Shown here: piece by piece, positions 26,965-46,054 of the stretch | Layout of the letters: every line of letters starts with the position of its first letter | How positions within the stretch are numbered: the stretch's first letter is position 1 | Source: Octopus vulgaris | Taxonomy: Eukaryota | DNA: 64,000 nt | Reading direction: 5' to 3' | NCBI GenBank assembly: GCA_951406725.2 | Contig: CATOCA020000001.1 | Coordinates: forward strand, 1,302,001 to 1,366,000 | Program-made: the position numbers and the translations under genes | Notes under the pieces: generated by a model | Told to the model about the DNA's origin: nothing | The model's database searches: none | What the model saw: only the letters and a program-made list of their open reading frames with translations

Positions 26965-29900
26965 TGTTGTGGAAGGATTTCGACCACCTTCCAATTGTCT
27001 AAACGCGGACTGACACATTCCTATTAAATAGACAACTGTCGAGTCTTCAGCAATTAACTGGAAAATAGTTCACTGTGAGCCATTGACAGAGAGCGTTGGG
27101 TAATAGATTCGCGTCGTGTAAACACTTTCTTTCCCCCTGATTCCTGAAATCATACGTTCCAAACCAAGTTTGCGTTGGACGTTTTGAATTTGTTTGGGAT
27201 GGGTATGAAACCAAAGAAAAATCGTTTAAGATAGAAGGCTTATTGGCGTCTGTGGTGCAGTTGCAACAGCAACAATAGTAACAACAACAAGAGTTGCTGG
27301 AAGCAATGTTAACGAAGTCTGAAAATACTTCAGGTGCGAACTTGCCAGACAGCGTAGCAATCTCTATTGAAGAATTCAGTTATAATCCAGAAGATGGGAT
27401 TACCTTCTCTGCATATTTTCTAAGATACGAATAAATTTTCAAAGAAGAATTTATAAATTGATCTGAGGGGAAAAATAGTACGACTACTTTGTAAGACAGG
27501 TATCCCTTGCCGAATACAAAAAATGTAGTAATTATATTCTACCCATGAAGTCAGGTGAGATTTGTTTCAATAAAAACTATTAACATTTTATCAAATGATT
27601 TAGAACTGGACGAAAATTAACTCTTCAGACAGAAGCAGAAGAATGCCAGGAAATACGACGCAGAAAAAGAAATGAAGAAAAAATTCCCCTCATATTCCAG
27701 TGTCTCCACCGAAACATGAAGCTGTCGTCACCTTTGCCGAGGCTGTTAACGGAAAGTGTAAAAATTCAAATTATATGAATTAAGATGATGCATATTTTTG
27801 GTTTAAGGCCTAACTGCAAGCAAAGATGGAGATATATGTTCACGGATGTCACCAAAATTAGAACTGGACAAAAAGTAACTCTACAGGCAGAAGCAGGAGA
27901 ATGCCAGGAAAGACGACGCAGAAAAAAATGAAGAAAGCGATGCCCAAAACGAAATTGAAGAAAAAGATTGCTCTCATATTCCAGTGTCTCCACCGTCACG
28001 GATAAGAAATAAGAGAAACAAATGTGAAGATCGAATCCATGTTGTGGGTGCGGTGGTCAACATTTTAAAAGTAATTGCCCGTTTAAAAATATAAAAGGCG
28101 TCAAATGTGGCAAGAGAGAGATCATAAAAAAATCTCACTGTAGAACAAACCTGGAAAACAGTTCAACAGAAAGAAAACACGAAAACAGGTTATCGGTGAC
28201 CAAAAAACGAACAGCCTCAAAGGAAATTTGTGGACGTAAAGTTGCAACTAGATAAGGGCAGTGATAATTAACACAGATACATAGAAAAAAAAAAACAGAA
28301 GACCTAGATTAAAAGACATTTCGAAAATTGCAGGTGGTATTTCAGGAAAATAATAACATTTTAATGGCGTAATGATAAATCACGTTCCATTTCGTGGGAA
28401 AACCTTAAAAACCAAAGATTTTGTGTTGAATAATATCCCAAATTTATTCGGAACACTGAATAGAATTGTTTAACTTATGGGAACTCCCCATAAATCTTTT
28501 CAGTAAAAATGTGAATGGTTTTCTTGCCAATACAAATGAATCGTCGGACGATTTGTAAAAATAATTTTGAAAGATTTTTCCTGAAGTTCTCTCTGATAAA
28601 TTAGATCTCAGCATCACAACGAAAACGAAGTTCCAAGTAAAAGTAAATGCCAAACCGGTATTTAAATATAAACGAACTGTAACTTTTGCATCGTTGGAAC
28701 AGAAACTTTTGCAGCGTTAGAAACAAATAAACAAAATCAGAGTGTATGCTGATTTTCTCCACTGGTTTAAATGAGTGTCTTAAAACGTTCCACTATCCGC
28801 TACCTACCCTGGGGGATATATTTGCAAAATTAGACGGTGGCAAGGTATTTTCTTAATTGGATCTCTCTGACGCGTACCTACATATTAGCGTAGACGATGA
28901 ATGCTATAAATACCTAAAAAATTAACGCACATATATATATACAACAGGTTACTGTATGCCTTTATGTCACACCGGCGATTTTTCAAAATATTATGGATGC
29001 AGTGTTAGCGGATAGTGAATATGCATTTCCATATCTGGATGATATACTCATTGAAAGCGAATCACAGGATCAACATGTAGATCACATAATATATATGTTC
29101 GAAAAAATTAGGGATTACAGTGAAAAAGAAAGCGTGAATCTTCTTCTTAACGAAAATAAAATTGGACAAACAATTGAAAGAAATGGACGAGGACCAGATC
29201 CGTTGAGGGCAGACGCAATTAAATACATGCCCCCCTCCGACAAATATAAGGACCTTACATGATTGCTTTGGAGACAGGCAAATTATTACCAAAATTATAT
29301 TCTAAATATTCAGAGGGTAAGTGTTACAGTAGATTATGTATTTAAAAAATGTCAATTGAAATTGCTCTGAAAATTGACAAAGGGAATTCGACGAAATTTT
29401 AAAATATTAACATCTGATTTGTTGTTAGCACGCTTCGATTCTGTAGCGGAGAAAGTTGTAACTTCGGATGCCTCTGAATACTGAATCGGCGCAGTAATGC
29501 TACATAAATGAAAAAGATGGTAACATGAAGGCGGTGGTTTACGATATCAGCAGAAAATATTACAGCCAAATCTAAAAAGAGGCTCTTGTTATTATTTTTG
29601 CCGTAAAAAATTGCATAGATTTTTACACGGCAGAAGTTTTTGAATACAGACAGATCATCGTCCGTTATTATCAGTATATGAGTAAAAGAAATAAATATCT
29701 AGCCGTACTGCTAATAGGCTGCAGCGCTGGGGTACTGTATTATTAAACTATGAATTTAAGATAGAGTATATACCATCTAAAAAATTAGGACACGCTAATT
29801 GTTTATCAAGACCGATTTCAGAAAATACTGAACCATTTGAAGATACCATGATTGCTACTTTGCGAGCGGAAAATGAAATTAAAAGCAAACTGTATAACTC

Positions 29901-31055
29901 CATGCGTGGACTGCTATTTACGTTACAGAACATAAAATTACAATTGGGAAACGATATATTTATTAAGAAATGAAAGAAATGCAGAAGGGTAAAAGAGATA
30001 AAAGATATTCGAGCCTATCACAAGGTGTGACAATGTGCTGATGTATGCACAAAGAGTCGTAGTGCCAGCCACACTACAAAAGCAATTACTAAAGGAATTT
30101 CATATTGCGTCAAAGGGATTTCGATAATGAAATCGTTAATGAGAAGGTAGGTATACTGGCCAACAACGGACTGTAACATTGAAGATATAGTGATAGTATG
30201 CAATACGCTGTTCTCTAGCTCCAAATACACCCGTCACGAAATGGCACCCGTGGCCAAAATCCCTTATGGTTTCATATCACTTTGTTGTGGGGAAGTATTT
30301 TTCAACGTGGTCTGAAGTGCATAAATGTAGAAAGCCGACATCTCTGGTTACAGAGATATTTGATGTTTGTTAGAAAGATCAGATCCATCTTTGATCAGCC
30401 GATACCGAGTGAAAATATTAAAAAAGGAACAATATTTCAAAATTCTTCAAGTTAGGTGACAAAGTTTTTTAGAAAACCTATACATAGAGTAAAGAAGGCT
30501 GGGAGGATGGTACAATTATTAAATAAATTGCAAGAATGATATTCCTGGTAAAAGGTGAAATAAATTTCGAACATAAAAGACTTATTAACCAACTTAAAAC
30601 CTGATTCAAGGAAAAATCAGTCAAAAGAAGTGAATTTCTCATGAAAGTATTGCACGACACGTTTGAGGTACCAACACAGAAACAATTTGTAATTACACGT
30701 TCTAGCACCAGAAAACGAAACGAATGGAAACACAAGAATTGAGCCCTAAGCATAAGAGATATTAAAACTCTGAGCGACTTTAATTCTCAAGTGGAGAATT
30801 TAGGGGAGACTAATTCTATGAAGGGGAGATGATGTGGAAAGATTCTGACAAACTTCCAAGTGACTAAAAGTGGTCTGACACATTTCCATTACATGGAGAA
30901 CTGTCTAGTCGCAAGGAATTGATTGTGAACAATTGATTGGTAAGCATTTCCCTATGATCCGTTGGCAGAGAGCGTCGAGTCTCATGTAATAGTAATGGTA
31001 TTGCGTCGTGTAAGTAGCTTCGTTAAATTATATATCCAACACCAGGATATAGAAC
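26965..31055 (+). mobile_element. Decayed Gypsy/Ty3 LTR retrotransposon
   Basis: Diverged LTRs at 26965-~27175 and 30830-31055; PPT GAAGGGGAGA; GTAT TSD; gag EFSYNPEDGITF and CCGCGGQH; protease QLDKGS; RT LDLSDAY and YLDD; RNase H SDASEY and TDHRPL; integrase relic VYWP. Confidence 0.9.
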
Positions 31056-32870
31056 GTATTCATGGCCAAACTTAGCACAACACTACGAACTTGAATATGT
31101 CAATGGTCGCCTGCAGTACAGTCAGTTGTATATTATTAATGCATCACGGAGTGGAAGCAAGTCAGAGCTCCCAAAGCTCTTCTGAAAGAATGGGTGTCAT
31201 GTACAACAAGTAAATCCTAAGGCTGAGTTATATGGGAACATGCACTTAATTGAACAACAAGAGATTGGAAGTGCCAGGAGTGAAAATGTACAATTACGAA
31301 AGTGTGAAATACGTTTCAAAAGAACGGTTTATATAAGGCGCTACAATTTTTCCCATTGCAATGAAATAACTGCACCCTGAAAACCCTGAAAATAATCTGC
31401 AGCGATATAAGGCTTTTGAAAACCGATCAGATTTCGTTGCAAGAGTGCGCAAGTTGTATCTCACTGAATTTCTGAAGGATATGGTGGACAGACATGCATT
31501 TGGTGTAAGAGTAACTATTGTCCGTGTTATCGAGTTTCAAAAGAGAGGGCTCCACACTGCCATATGCTCGTAGACAAAGTGAAGATCAGAGATGATATAG
31601 ACAGAATGGCATCAGCAGAAATTTCTGATTCTTGCATGATTTAGTTAAAGAAATTCATGATACTTAGACCTTGTGGTGTTGATAACCCCACTCGCAATAC
31701 ATGCGGAATGGCTCTTGCCAAACAAAGTTTCCCAAGAACAACAGAAATGAGACACTACTAAATATTAATGGATATCCAGAGTACAGGAGGCACAATAAAT
31801 GGATCACAGAATAAGTTGGATGCCATTCTGTTGACAACTGGTATGTCGTTCCATTCTATGCTTACCTATTAAAGAAATTCCGAGCTCATATTAATGTAGA
31901 AGTTTGCTCCTCTGTAGTAAAAATGTCAACTACATATGCAAGTACGTCTACAACGGTCGCGATAGCGCTTCAGTTGAAGTAAGGAATGATGCAGTTGCAG
32001 AAGGTGGACAGACTCAGCAACCCCAAGGTTAAATCAGAAATTATTTTGCGTGTTGATATGTTTCACCTTCTGAAGCCTTATGGAGAATATCTAAGTACAA
32101 GCTGCATGACTCGTCCCACACTGTCTACAGATTAGCTGTTCACTTTGAAGACCAGCGGAGACTGAGCTTTCACGGAGGTAGCAATTAGCAACCTGCTCAA
32201 GAACAGAGAGCTCGTGACAATACTCTCACTGCATGGTTCAAACTGAATGAGCACGATTAACGGAAGTACTTGTACCCTAACATTCCTAAAAGTTATATAT
32301 TTAATGAACTAAAAGAAACCATGAACACTCATGAGAAGAAACAATAACATCGGCTGCAGAATGAACACAGTGAGTCCTAAGGACGTAGAAAAATTTCATT
32401 TACGATTGCTATTTTGGATGTTCCAGGTGCTAAGCACTTTGAAGAAGTGAGCACTGTAGGAGGTGAAATCTATGCAACATTTAAAGATGCGCACATATGA
32501 TTTGGTCTCCTCCAAAATGATGAGGGTTTGGAGCATACTATACTTGAAGCTGCTGCGTATCGGATGCCATTTCAGTTGTGTATTACGTTTGCTGTCCTCT
32601 GAAACTATGCAAATCCTTCCAATGTCTTCGCCTGTGGAATACTGACGAGAATTCTATGATGGAAGATTATGCTCAGCGAGGGCTGAATGCAGACTCTACA
32701 CTCCATAAATTCTTTGTTAACTGAAAATTGCACCAGCTTGTTTAATATTAGCTTGCTTGTACCAATTGGAATGTAACGGGTTGAGCAGAAAGATGACATG
32801 AAACACCCACGCATTGCAACCCTTACCAACGAGCAGAAAGGGATCGCTGATGCAGTCATTAAAGACAGTT
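31056..32870 (+). mobile_element. Helitron Rep relic (continuation of 26200-26964)
   Basis: IHGQ..YSQLYI, VIEFQKRG..HCH, PCGVDNP, GYPEYRR, DNWYVVP, AHINVEVC, CKYVYNGRD, VYRLAVHFEDQ. Confidence 0.88.
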
Positions 32871-33344
32871 GGTAAGAAAAGGTTGAGGTGAGATGCTGGA
32901 ATCTTTCTATTCCTCTGAAGACTTTCCCGGAGGCTGTAACTTCATAAATTCCAATTCAATCTGTTCACTTCGGTAAATTTCTTATTTAATTTTGCAACGT
33001 TTTGTGTTTTCTTTTTGTTGTTGTTGAAGGAATTACTGATAAATGTAAGTTCATAATTTACTGTTAGAGTGACGATAAGTAGTTGTCAATGAGGTATTGC
33101 TATTCTTATTTACTGTCTTGTATGGTAACGGATCCTTGAAATAGCTCTCGGTACCACTGTAACCTTCAACCAATTCAAAAGAAATATATTTATTTTATAT
33201 ACAAATATGACTTGAAAACTTTCTTTTAATATTTCACTTAACGTCTATGCTCCATTTTGGCATAGGCTGGAGATTTATTAATATAGAAAGTTGGTATCTC
33301 AGCTATTAGCAGTTGAGAACTGCGTGATCTAGACGGCGTTGAGA

Positions 33345-33405
<61 letters not shown>

Positions 33406-33422
33406 TATAAGTTCAGCGAAAA

Positions 33423-33508
33423 TTGGCTGATGAGTACACAGCATCTTAAATCTGTTGTAATACTTACAACATTTAATAAAATAATGTAGTACGGAACGAT
33501 CGTACCAA
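33423..33508 (+). ncRNA. Type I hammerhead-like motif (GAAA mutated to GGAA)
   Basis: TTGG-CTGATGA-GTAC...GTAC-GGAA-CGATCG-TA-CCAA. Confidence 0.7.
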
Positions 33509-33838
33509 ATTACTGGATTCATTCTTGGTGCTTATTTTTAGTATATATAATTATATATATTTTATAATTATATTTATTTTTGCATGAGTAATCATTTGCC
33601 TCTCCTCCCTGTTTTCTTCTTTCTTTTCTCCTACTTTCTTTTCCCTCTAAGCAGTTATGAAAGCGAAAGCTCATTAGGTCACTTTATCTAAAGAGGAACG
33701 CAAGACTTCCACGTTCATATTTGAATCTTTTGCATATCTGCAGTCTTATTTGTATTTTATTCGTTCCCCAACTAGATGGCAATATAACAACATGCCAGAT
33801 GACACTCGAAATCTTTAGTCACACACAACTTTATCGAT

Positions 33839-33938
33839 GTGCCTGATGGGATCCAGACTGATCGATGCAGCACAACACGTTGAACAGAGTCCCACACATA
33901 AAGGACAATAGCAAGACGGGTCGAAACGATCGTTGTAC
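33839..33938 (+). ncRNA. Type I hammerhead-like motif
   Basis: GTGC-CTGATGG-GATCC...GGGTC-GAAA-CGATCG-TT-GTAC. Confidence 0.7.
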
Positions 33939-34033
33939 AGAATAAAATTTAATACCAGATCCATCATTTCGTTACTAAATATTATTATGTATACACAAAT
34001 ACACACACACAGATACATACATACATATATATT

Positions 34034-34122
<89 letters not shown>

Positions 34123-34126
34123 TTGT

Positions 34127-36080
34127 GTAGCTGGGCCGGCCTGTGAAACGCACCGACTAAGCAATTTTCTAGACACCCTACTGAAACCCTTGCTGAAATA
34201 CATCAAAAGTTTCATTAGGGAAAAACTATTAATGAAGAAGCAATATTGATTAACCTTGATGTTATCAATCTTTACTGCTACATTCTTCCATGGCTTTGGA
34301 ATAAAAGCAATTAAATTCAGGTTCGAAAAGTACTCCCGAAATGCATAAACTAGATTTTTATAATTGAATCCTTAACATTTATACTTCATAAAAATTATTT
34401 CCTATTTGATGACACATACTATCGTCAGAAATGCAGAAGTGCGATGGGAACGAAAGAACCTCCTGTTCTTGCGAACCTAATAATGGGTTATTTTAAATTC
34501 ACCTTATATGAAGTATCACTTCAGAAATATGGTTACCCATTTTACCTCTACATACGAGAAAATTGGAAGAGATACCTAGATGACTGCTTTATCATGTGGA
34601 AGGAGAACATCGACAAACTATTGGATTTCAAATCAACACTAGATGACATAAATAGTAACATTCAATTCACAATGGATTGCAACAGAGAATATCTCCCATT
34701 TTTAGACATCATGATAAAAAAGTTAACAATGAAATCATAACTGACATTTATTATAAACCAACTGATTCAAAACAATATCTTCTCTTTAACTCATGCCACC
34801 CGAAACACATCAAAATAAACTTCCCTTTCAATTTAGCAAAAAGGATCTGCACAATAGTGTCTCATAGAACAGCTCGGGACCTTAGTCTTTTAGATCTCAA
34901 AACAACATTTATTGAAAGACAATATCCAACCTCACTTATCGACGAAAGAATTAAACGTGCCAAACAATTAGACACAAAAACACTGAGAACAACAAAACAT
35001 AACACCACACCTCAACTCAAAGCATTACTCTTTATATCAACACACAACCACAGAAACAGTGAGGCATTCAGCACTATTGTGCAGACTCATCCTTTGCTAA
35101 ATAGAGATCCAAAATTGAACGACATCCTGAAAACGCCCAAACTCATCAAATGCAAAAGACAAGACAAATCTCTAAAGAGATTGCTAACGAATGCGAAGCT
35201 TTACAAAACAACCACGAAACGAACGGTTGAAAAATGTGACGCCCAAACTGTGGAACCTGCCCCAACCTGCTTGAAGGCTCGGATTTCCTTTTCAAACAAT
35301 GACAGAGGTTCACATTCAAGACTAGTTTCATTTGTGCCTCTGAGAACCTAATTTATGTAATAATATGCTCGGGTTGCGGACACAACTATTTTGGACAAAC
35401 GAGTATGACATTGAGAAAGAGAACCACTCTACATAAAGAGCAAATCCGTTTCCCGGAATACTGAAAATTCCTCTCAGTGAACATATAGAAAAATGTGCTG
35501 GTAACATCAAACCAAATTTCACTGTCTTACCTTTTTACCAGTGAAAAGACGCAATCTCTCAACTAGAGCGTTTAGATAAAGAAACTTTTTTCATTGAAAA
35601 ATACAAAACTCATCTTAATATCCACGCATAACCAACGTGTATCTTTTTACACATTTCAATTTATGATAACATTACAGTACATAAATCCCCTACTAAACAA
35701 GGTTTTTGAAACTTGTGTCTGTCAGTACGCATATATAAATCCCCACCTATTACCTAAAGCTGAACTGTTATCTCCCTTACCTACAACAATAACTATAATA
35801 ACGGCAACCAATTACCGCCCTTTATTTATCTTCTTGTGAAGTAATTCTCTCGTGAATTTCATCACACACAATATTACAAAATTTCTCCTTAAAAAAATAT
35901 ATATTCAAATCAGTAAAACATGATATCATGAATAGCGATATCGAAACCGGTCGAAATATTAAAAATTATATTAAAACTATGTTAGTGTTCGTATTTTCCT
36001 TTTTTAATTTCTCAAATAAATTACAACTCACAACGTGGGGATAATCGGTATTCCTCTTTTCTGTTTCTACAACTACTAAT
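34127..36080 (+). mobile_element. Decayed 5'-truncated Penelope-like element
   Basis: [65 protein letters not shown]; hammerhead 3' half GATATC..GATATC-GAAA-CCGG-TC near 35923-35952. Same family as 836-2900. Confidence 0.9.
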
Positions 36081-36095
36081 ATAAATATACATTTC

Positions 36096-36180
36096 TCTCT
36101 ATATATAAAACTGAGAATGCGTGTCTATCTGTCTGTGTGTTTCCCTAAACTTGAGAACTACACAACCAATTTCATTCAAA
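36096..36180 (+). mobile_element. Non-autonomous Helitron 5' fragment
   Basis: TCTCTATATATAAAACTGAGAATG..CCCTAAACTTGAGAACTAC matches the minus-strand end at 53340-53428. Confidence 0.6.
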
Positions 36181-36215
36181 CGTGGGGATAATCGAAATCC
36201 TTCTTTTCTGTTACA

Positions 36216-36255
<40 letters not shown>

Positions 36256-36424
36256 ACTTATTTATATAGGTTATGAGAGGTAATGGTGTCAAGGAGACCC
36301 AAATGTGTCAGGTAATTCTGAGTAAGTGCTATGGACAGACTATAGTTAAGCTCCAGGTTCGGTGATTATGCAAATGAGGAGTCAAACGTAGGTCATATAT
36401 TAACATGCATATATATAAAATTAA

Positions 36425-36695
36425 CAGAATGAAATAAAGATCCAAGGCTGTGAAAGATTTAAGAACATTTCTAAAGAGAAGACGTTACAGCTGTTTCCGG
36501 GATATTTATGTCTCTCTTCATCGGAGACGGTGCGAGAAAATGATTAAGCAATAGATATTCTAGAATAACTATTGCTTAGCCATTTCGTCGCACCATCTCC
36601 CATGAAAGAATATATAAAATATCCCTGGAACAGCTGAAAGGCCTCTCTATAAATGTTCTCAAATCTTTCACAGCCTTGGACTTTTATTTCATTCA
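36425..36695. repeat. Diverged palindrome (centre ~36561) with a decayed hammerhead motif in each arm
   Basis: TCCAAGGCTGTGAAAGATTT/AAATCTTTCACAGCCTTGGA and similar pairs; both arms carry G(A/G)AA-CAGCTG. Confidence 0.8.
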
Positions 36696-37227
36696 GATAT
36701 ATATATGTATATATATATATAACAATTAAGGATAACTTCTTAATAAGGGATCTTAACAAGAAAAGAAAAAAATTATTTTCGAATTCTTTTCTTTTATGAG
36801 GTTTTCACGCTAACTACCTGATAATTTCTTGTTAAGATCCCTTATTAAGAATTTATCCTTAATTGTTAAATATTTATTCCGAAATACTTTTCCTACCCGA
36901 CATGCAGTTTGAAAAAAGCCCGCCATTTACCGAATATATGATTTATAAACATTCCATGTGCTTGGCCGGAGTGAATAGATGTCTGTTCGTCTTCGCGAGG
37001 TAAGGTTGGTGGTTTATTTATGATGTGTTCAGAATCAGTTCTGCTGAGGATCACAAGACGTAAGTTAAATCTGAAATCACGGTGATACAGAACTAAATTC
37101 ATTTTTTAAATGTCTTGCTTTGAAGAACTGTATTTAGGTATGTTTAGTGTAATTTTGGTAGTAATGACTTTGTCCCTCTTAGTGTGAGGCATTTATGTGT
37201 ATTATTGCCCTCTATACAATATAGATA

Positions 37228-41796
<4,569 letters not shown>

Positions 41797-41823
41797 TAAT
41801 TTTATTGTATCGCATTTAACTTT

Positions 41824-41925
<102 letters not shown>

Positions 41926-41968
41926 TGTTATATTTCGGAATGGTCATATTGCCAGTTTAGCCAATAAA

Positions 41969-42246
<278 letters not shown>

Positions 42247-42280
42247 AAAGTTAAATGCGATACAATAAAATTAATTATAT

Positions 42281-45200
42281 ATATAAAGATCCCGTTCCTG
42301 AGAGACTTTGTTGCATGCAATCAAGCCTTATGCATGGCACTTACAGAAACGCACCTGAAACCGGACATAGCAGATGCGGAGTTACACATACCACAGTATG
42401 CTGTACTACGGACCGACAGGAAAGAAAGGAGTCATGGAGGTGTTGCTATGTACATCCGTGAGGACCTCACACCCCAGGTCCTCTTGTCATACTCAAACTC
42501 GGTGTGTGACACACTAATTGTACATATTAGGCAACTTGATGTAGTTGTGTGTGCTACATATCGCCCTCCAGATGCCCCAAGCCATGTGGGCAAGTTTGAA
42601 GACTGCCTTATAAAAATAGAAGAAATTCTAACCACATTAGAACAACACATAGGTGTGCTTCTTATGGGAGACTTCAATCTGCCCAATGTCAGATGGCCCG
42701 AGGGCCTTTCTCTCCCAGGAATGACAAGATGTGAACGAGGACAGGCGAGGTCCCTCCTGAACCTCATCAACACACTGTACATGGAGCAGGTAATACTCCA
42801 ACCAACCAGGGCAGGTAACACACTGGATCTCTGCTTCACAAATGACATGGATCTCATCCATAATGTGAAAGTGACACCGACACTACTCTCGGATCACAAC
42901 ATGATAGAGCTGACCATGTACGGGCCAAAAGAGAGCACGGACATGCAGCCTACAAGAAACCCTCAAAATCTTTCCAGCTTGAACTACCATAAGGCAAACT
43001 GGAAACAAATTGAGAAAGAGATCCTCAAACAAAACTGGCCTAAATGTCTCTCCTCGCCAGACATCGACGTGAAACTTCAACAATTCATGTCTGTAATGCA
43101 AGCCATATGCTACAAATGTGTCCCAGAGAGAAAGGCCACTGTACACAAGAACAAAATCCCCAGAGAGAGGAAAATTTTAATGAGACGGCGTACGAAATTT
43201 TCAAATCGCCTAAACAAACAGATTGAAAGCAGTGAAAAGTCCCGCCTAAAAATAAAACTGTTGGAAATCGAAAAATGTCTGCAACTCTCCCATGAAAAAG
43301 AAAGAGCAGACAAAGAAGCCTGGGCTATAGAAAACATAAAATCTAACCCCAGAGCTTTCTACAGGTATGCCAAAGAAACAGCTACAGTGCACTGTAGAAT
43401 AGGGCCACTCCTCGAAAAGGATGGCACACTTACAGGAAAACCAATGAGGGTAAGTGAAATACTGAATGAGCAATTCAAGAGTGTTTTCACTCCACCCCTT
43501 GGGCATCTCCAAATCACCAATCCAACTGACTTTTTTACCACTGCAGATATAAAATCAGAGGCGGCGACGATAGATTACATCGATATAAAGGAAGACGATG
43601 TAACCAAGGCTATAGATGAAATGAAAACAGACTCAGCTACTGGCCCCGATGGATTCCCGGCAATCCTCCTAAAAGCATGTAAGAGAGTCCTAGCAAGACC
43701 ACTGCAGTTCCTCTTTCAGAGCTTCCTTGCAGCTGGCAAACTTCCAGGAAAACTGAAGGAAGGTAAAATATGCCCCATTCATAAAGGAGGTAGCAGAGCG
43801 GAAGCCAAGAACTATAGACCTATCTCTCTGACCTCACACATCAGCAAGGTCATGGAACGAATAGTCAGAAGGAAGCTGATCACCTTCCTTGAAGAGAATG
43901 ACTTGCTGCCCGACACCCAACATGGTTTCCGACCAGGGAGAAGCTGTTTAACTCAGCTCCTACAACACTATGACTGGGTGCTGAAACGGCTGCTCAACCA
44001 CTCAAATGTGGAAGTGATATATCTCGACTTTGCAAAGGCCTTTGATAAAGTCGATCATGGAATGATATGTCACAAACTGCGTGATCTCAACATAGTTGGA
44101 AAACTGGGAGAATGGCTTCATGACTTTCTGAAGGATAGAAGTCAGGTGGTAGTAGCCAATGGGGCCACCTCCATTAACACACAAATAGTGAGCGGTGTTC
44201 CGCAGGGCACTGTTCTGGGACCACTACTGTTCATAATGGCCCTCTCAGACATGCCCTCAGCCACGCAGAGAGCCACGATCACAAGTTATGCAGATGATAC
44301 AAAAGTTTCACAGGCAATACAGAACCCTGAGGACACTAAACACCTGCAATGTGAGCTGGACGAAATATACAAGTGGGCTGAAAAGAATAGCATGCAGTTC
44401 AATGCTGGAAAGTTTCAAGCTTTATACTATCAGCATGCAAAACTGAATGCAATACCCAATGAATACACTGGACCCGGAGGGATTGCAATCCCAGAGGCAC
44501 AATCAGTGCGTGACCTGGGTATTCACATGAGTGATGACGCGACCTTTCATGTACATGTTGCTAAACTGACAATGAAATGTAGACGGCTGGCTGGCTGGAT
44601 TCTTAGAACCTTTAGAACAAGAGAACAAGAAACCATGATGGTCCTCTGGAAGACACTTGTCCTAAGCCACTTTGACTATTGCTCTCAGCTATGGTCACCA
44701 TCCAGTGTCAAGTTGATCACAGAACTTGAGGCGATCCAACGTAGCTACACAAAGAAGATAGCCTCTATGCAGAATGTAAGCTACTGGGAAAGACTCAAGA
44801 GATTAAAATTATATTCCCTGGAGCGTAGGCGGGAAAGATATGCCATAATATACATCTGGAAGATCCTGGAGGGAAGTGTCCTGAACTTTGGCATCGAGAG
44901 TTACGCAAATGCCAGAACTGGGCGCCACTGCGTGGTGCCTAGGACTCCAAACCTGCCATCAAGATGTAGGACAAGATTCTGTGATAGCCTGGGCTTCCGA
45001 GGCCCACAGCTCTTCAATATCCTCCCGAATAACCTGAGAGACCTGCATGGGGTGGATACAGATGTCTTTAAAATGAAGCTGGATCTCTTCCTGTCAGGTG
45101 TCCCAGATGAACCAACTTCACGGCAGGAGGGGCAGATGAGGGCAGCTGCATCGAACTCTCTCATGCACCAAATAGCAGTTGCTAGAAAGCCTCCATGAAG

Positions 45201-45288
45201 TGAAACCAAATAGCAACACCAAATGGCGGTGCCCCAGCATGGCCACAGCTCATAAGCTGAAACTAGAATCAATCAATCAATCAATCAA
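42281..45288 (+). mobile_element. CR1-type LINE, 5'-truncated at the start of ORF2, with (AATC)n tail
   Basis: Homologous to 37260-40592; (TA)n on both flanks; tail AATCAATCAATC. Confidence 0.95.
42334..45198 (+). CDS. CR1 ORF2 (APE endonuclease + RT), open for 954 codons; extreme N-terminus truncated
   Basis: LTETH, YRPP, MGDFN, LDL, SDH; [40 protein letters not shown]. Confidence 0.93.
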   Translation: MALTETHLKPDIADAELHIPQYAVLRTDRKERSHGGVAMYIREDLTPQVLLSYSNSVCDTLIVHIRQLDVVVCATYRPPDAPSHVGKFEDCLIKIEEILTTLEQHIGVLLMGDFNLPNVRWPEGLSLPGMTRCERGQARSLLNLINTLYMEQVILQPTRAGNTLDLCFTNDMDLIHNVKVTPTLLSDHNMIELTMYGPKESTDMQPTRNPQNLSSLNYHKANWKQIEKEILKQNWPKCLSSPDIDVKLQQFMSVMQAICYKCVPERKATVHKNKIPRERKILMRRRTKFSNRLNKQIESSEKSRLKIKLLEIEKCLQLSHEKERADKEAWAIENIKSNPRAFYRYAKETATVHCRIGPLLEKDGTLTGKPMRVSEILNEQFKSVFTPPLGHLQITNPTDFFTTADIKSEAATIDYIDIKEDDVTKAIDEMKTDSATGPDGFPAILLKACKRVLARPLQFLFQSFLAAGKLPGKLKEGKICPIHKGGSRAEAKNYRPISLTSHISKVMERIVRRKLITFLEENDLLPDTQHGFRPGRSCLTQLLQHYDWVLKRLLNHSNVEVIYLDFAKAFDKVDHGMICHKLRDLNIVGKLGEWLHDFLKDRSQVVVANGATSINTQIVSGVPQGTVLGPLLFIMALSDMPSATQRATITSYADDTKVSQAIQNPEDTKHLQCELDEIYKWAEKNSMQFNAGKFQALYYQHAKLNAIPNEYTGPGGIAIPEAQSVRDLGIHMSDDATFHVHVAKLTMKCRRLAGWILRTFRTREQETMMVLWKTLVLSHFDYCSQLWSPSSVKLITELEAIQRSYTKKIASMQNVSYWERLKRLKLYSLERRRERYAIIYIWKILEGSVLNFGIESYANARTGRHCVVPRTPNLPSRCRTRFCDSLGFRGPQLFNILPNNLRDLHGVDTDVFKMKLDLFLSGVPDEPTSRQEGQMRAAASNSLMHQIAVARKPP

Positions 45289-45321
<33 letters not shown>

Positions 45322-45323
45322 AA

Positions 45324-45364
45324 TTAGCATTAAAGACCCGTCGTTGCCGGGTCATAGTGCTAGT
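45324..45364. other. Helitron-type 3' terminus readable on both strands
   Basis: Hairpin GACCCG/CGGGTC followed by CTAG|T on + and by CTAA|T on -. Confidence 0.55.
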
Positions 45365-45447
45365 GCATGTATATATGTGTATATATGTGTACATATTACA
45401 TGTACATTTATATATATACATCTAAACATAAAATACAAAATACGAAG

Positions 45448-45810
45448 TTATATCTTGATATCGCTAGTGATAACAATACTCATAATATATAACCGACTGG
45501 AATTGTTAGCCCGTCTCTTGTAATTTCGATCAATTGTATCTTGTCCTTCCTCTTGTATAGAAGTGTGGCTATAATCCAGCCTACCTCTACTACTTGTGGG
45601 GGGAGGCATATTAAATATTTTCCGGGACGTTCTACGTCCCAGATTCAAAGGTGAAATTAAAATATTTCCACTTTGCATGTTCGAGTCGAGTACTCCCTTG
45701 CACGCTCCGTTGACTCGAATCTTGCTTCTATTGTGGCGAATTTACCACCTCTGATTAGAAACCTTTCATAGTCGCCCCAAGACACTTTCGAAGGTGCTTT
45801 CCTCCATGTT
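45448..45810 (-). pseudogene. Old Tx1-family ORF1 relic, downstream half (insertion host)
   Basis: NMEESTFESV..FLIRGGKFATIEARFESTERAREYST..GNILISPLNLGRRTSRKIFNMPP aligns to YINRGRRYGTVEVRFKTEEIAKKLST..GNIVLLPLYRGRRTSKIVMKNIPP of ORF 49746-50555. Confidence 0.8.
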
Positions 45811-46054
45811 GTTTTATTATTACCCACAAGGGGCGAACATAGATGGGACAATACAATCTGATGTGGGGTCAGACACACGAATGGGTTTTTACAATAAAAC
45901 GAATTTAAAAATTTACATGAAATTACAAAATAGACACAAAATCGAATGATGTAACAGACCGGAAGACATTACGGGTGGAGTGGGTGCGGGTTTAGCTCGG
46001 ACCCCACGAGCCCCGCCTCCCCACTGATACTTTTGGTTGCGCTTGGTATTACAT

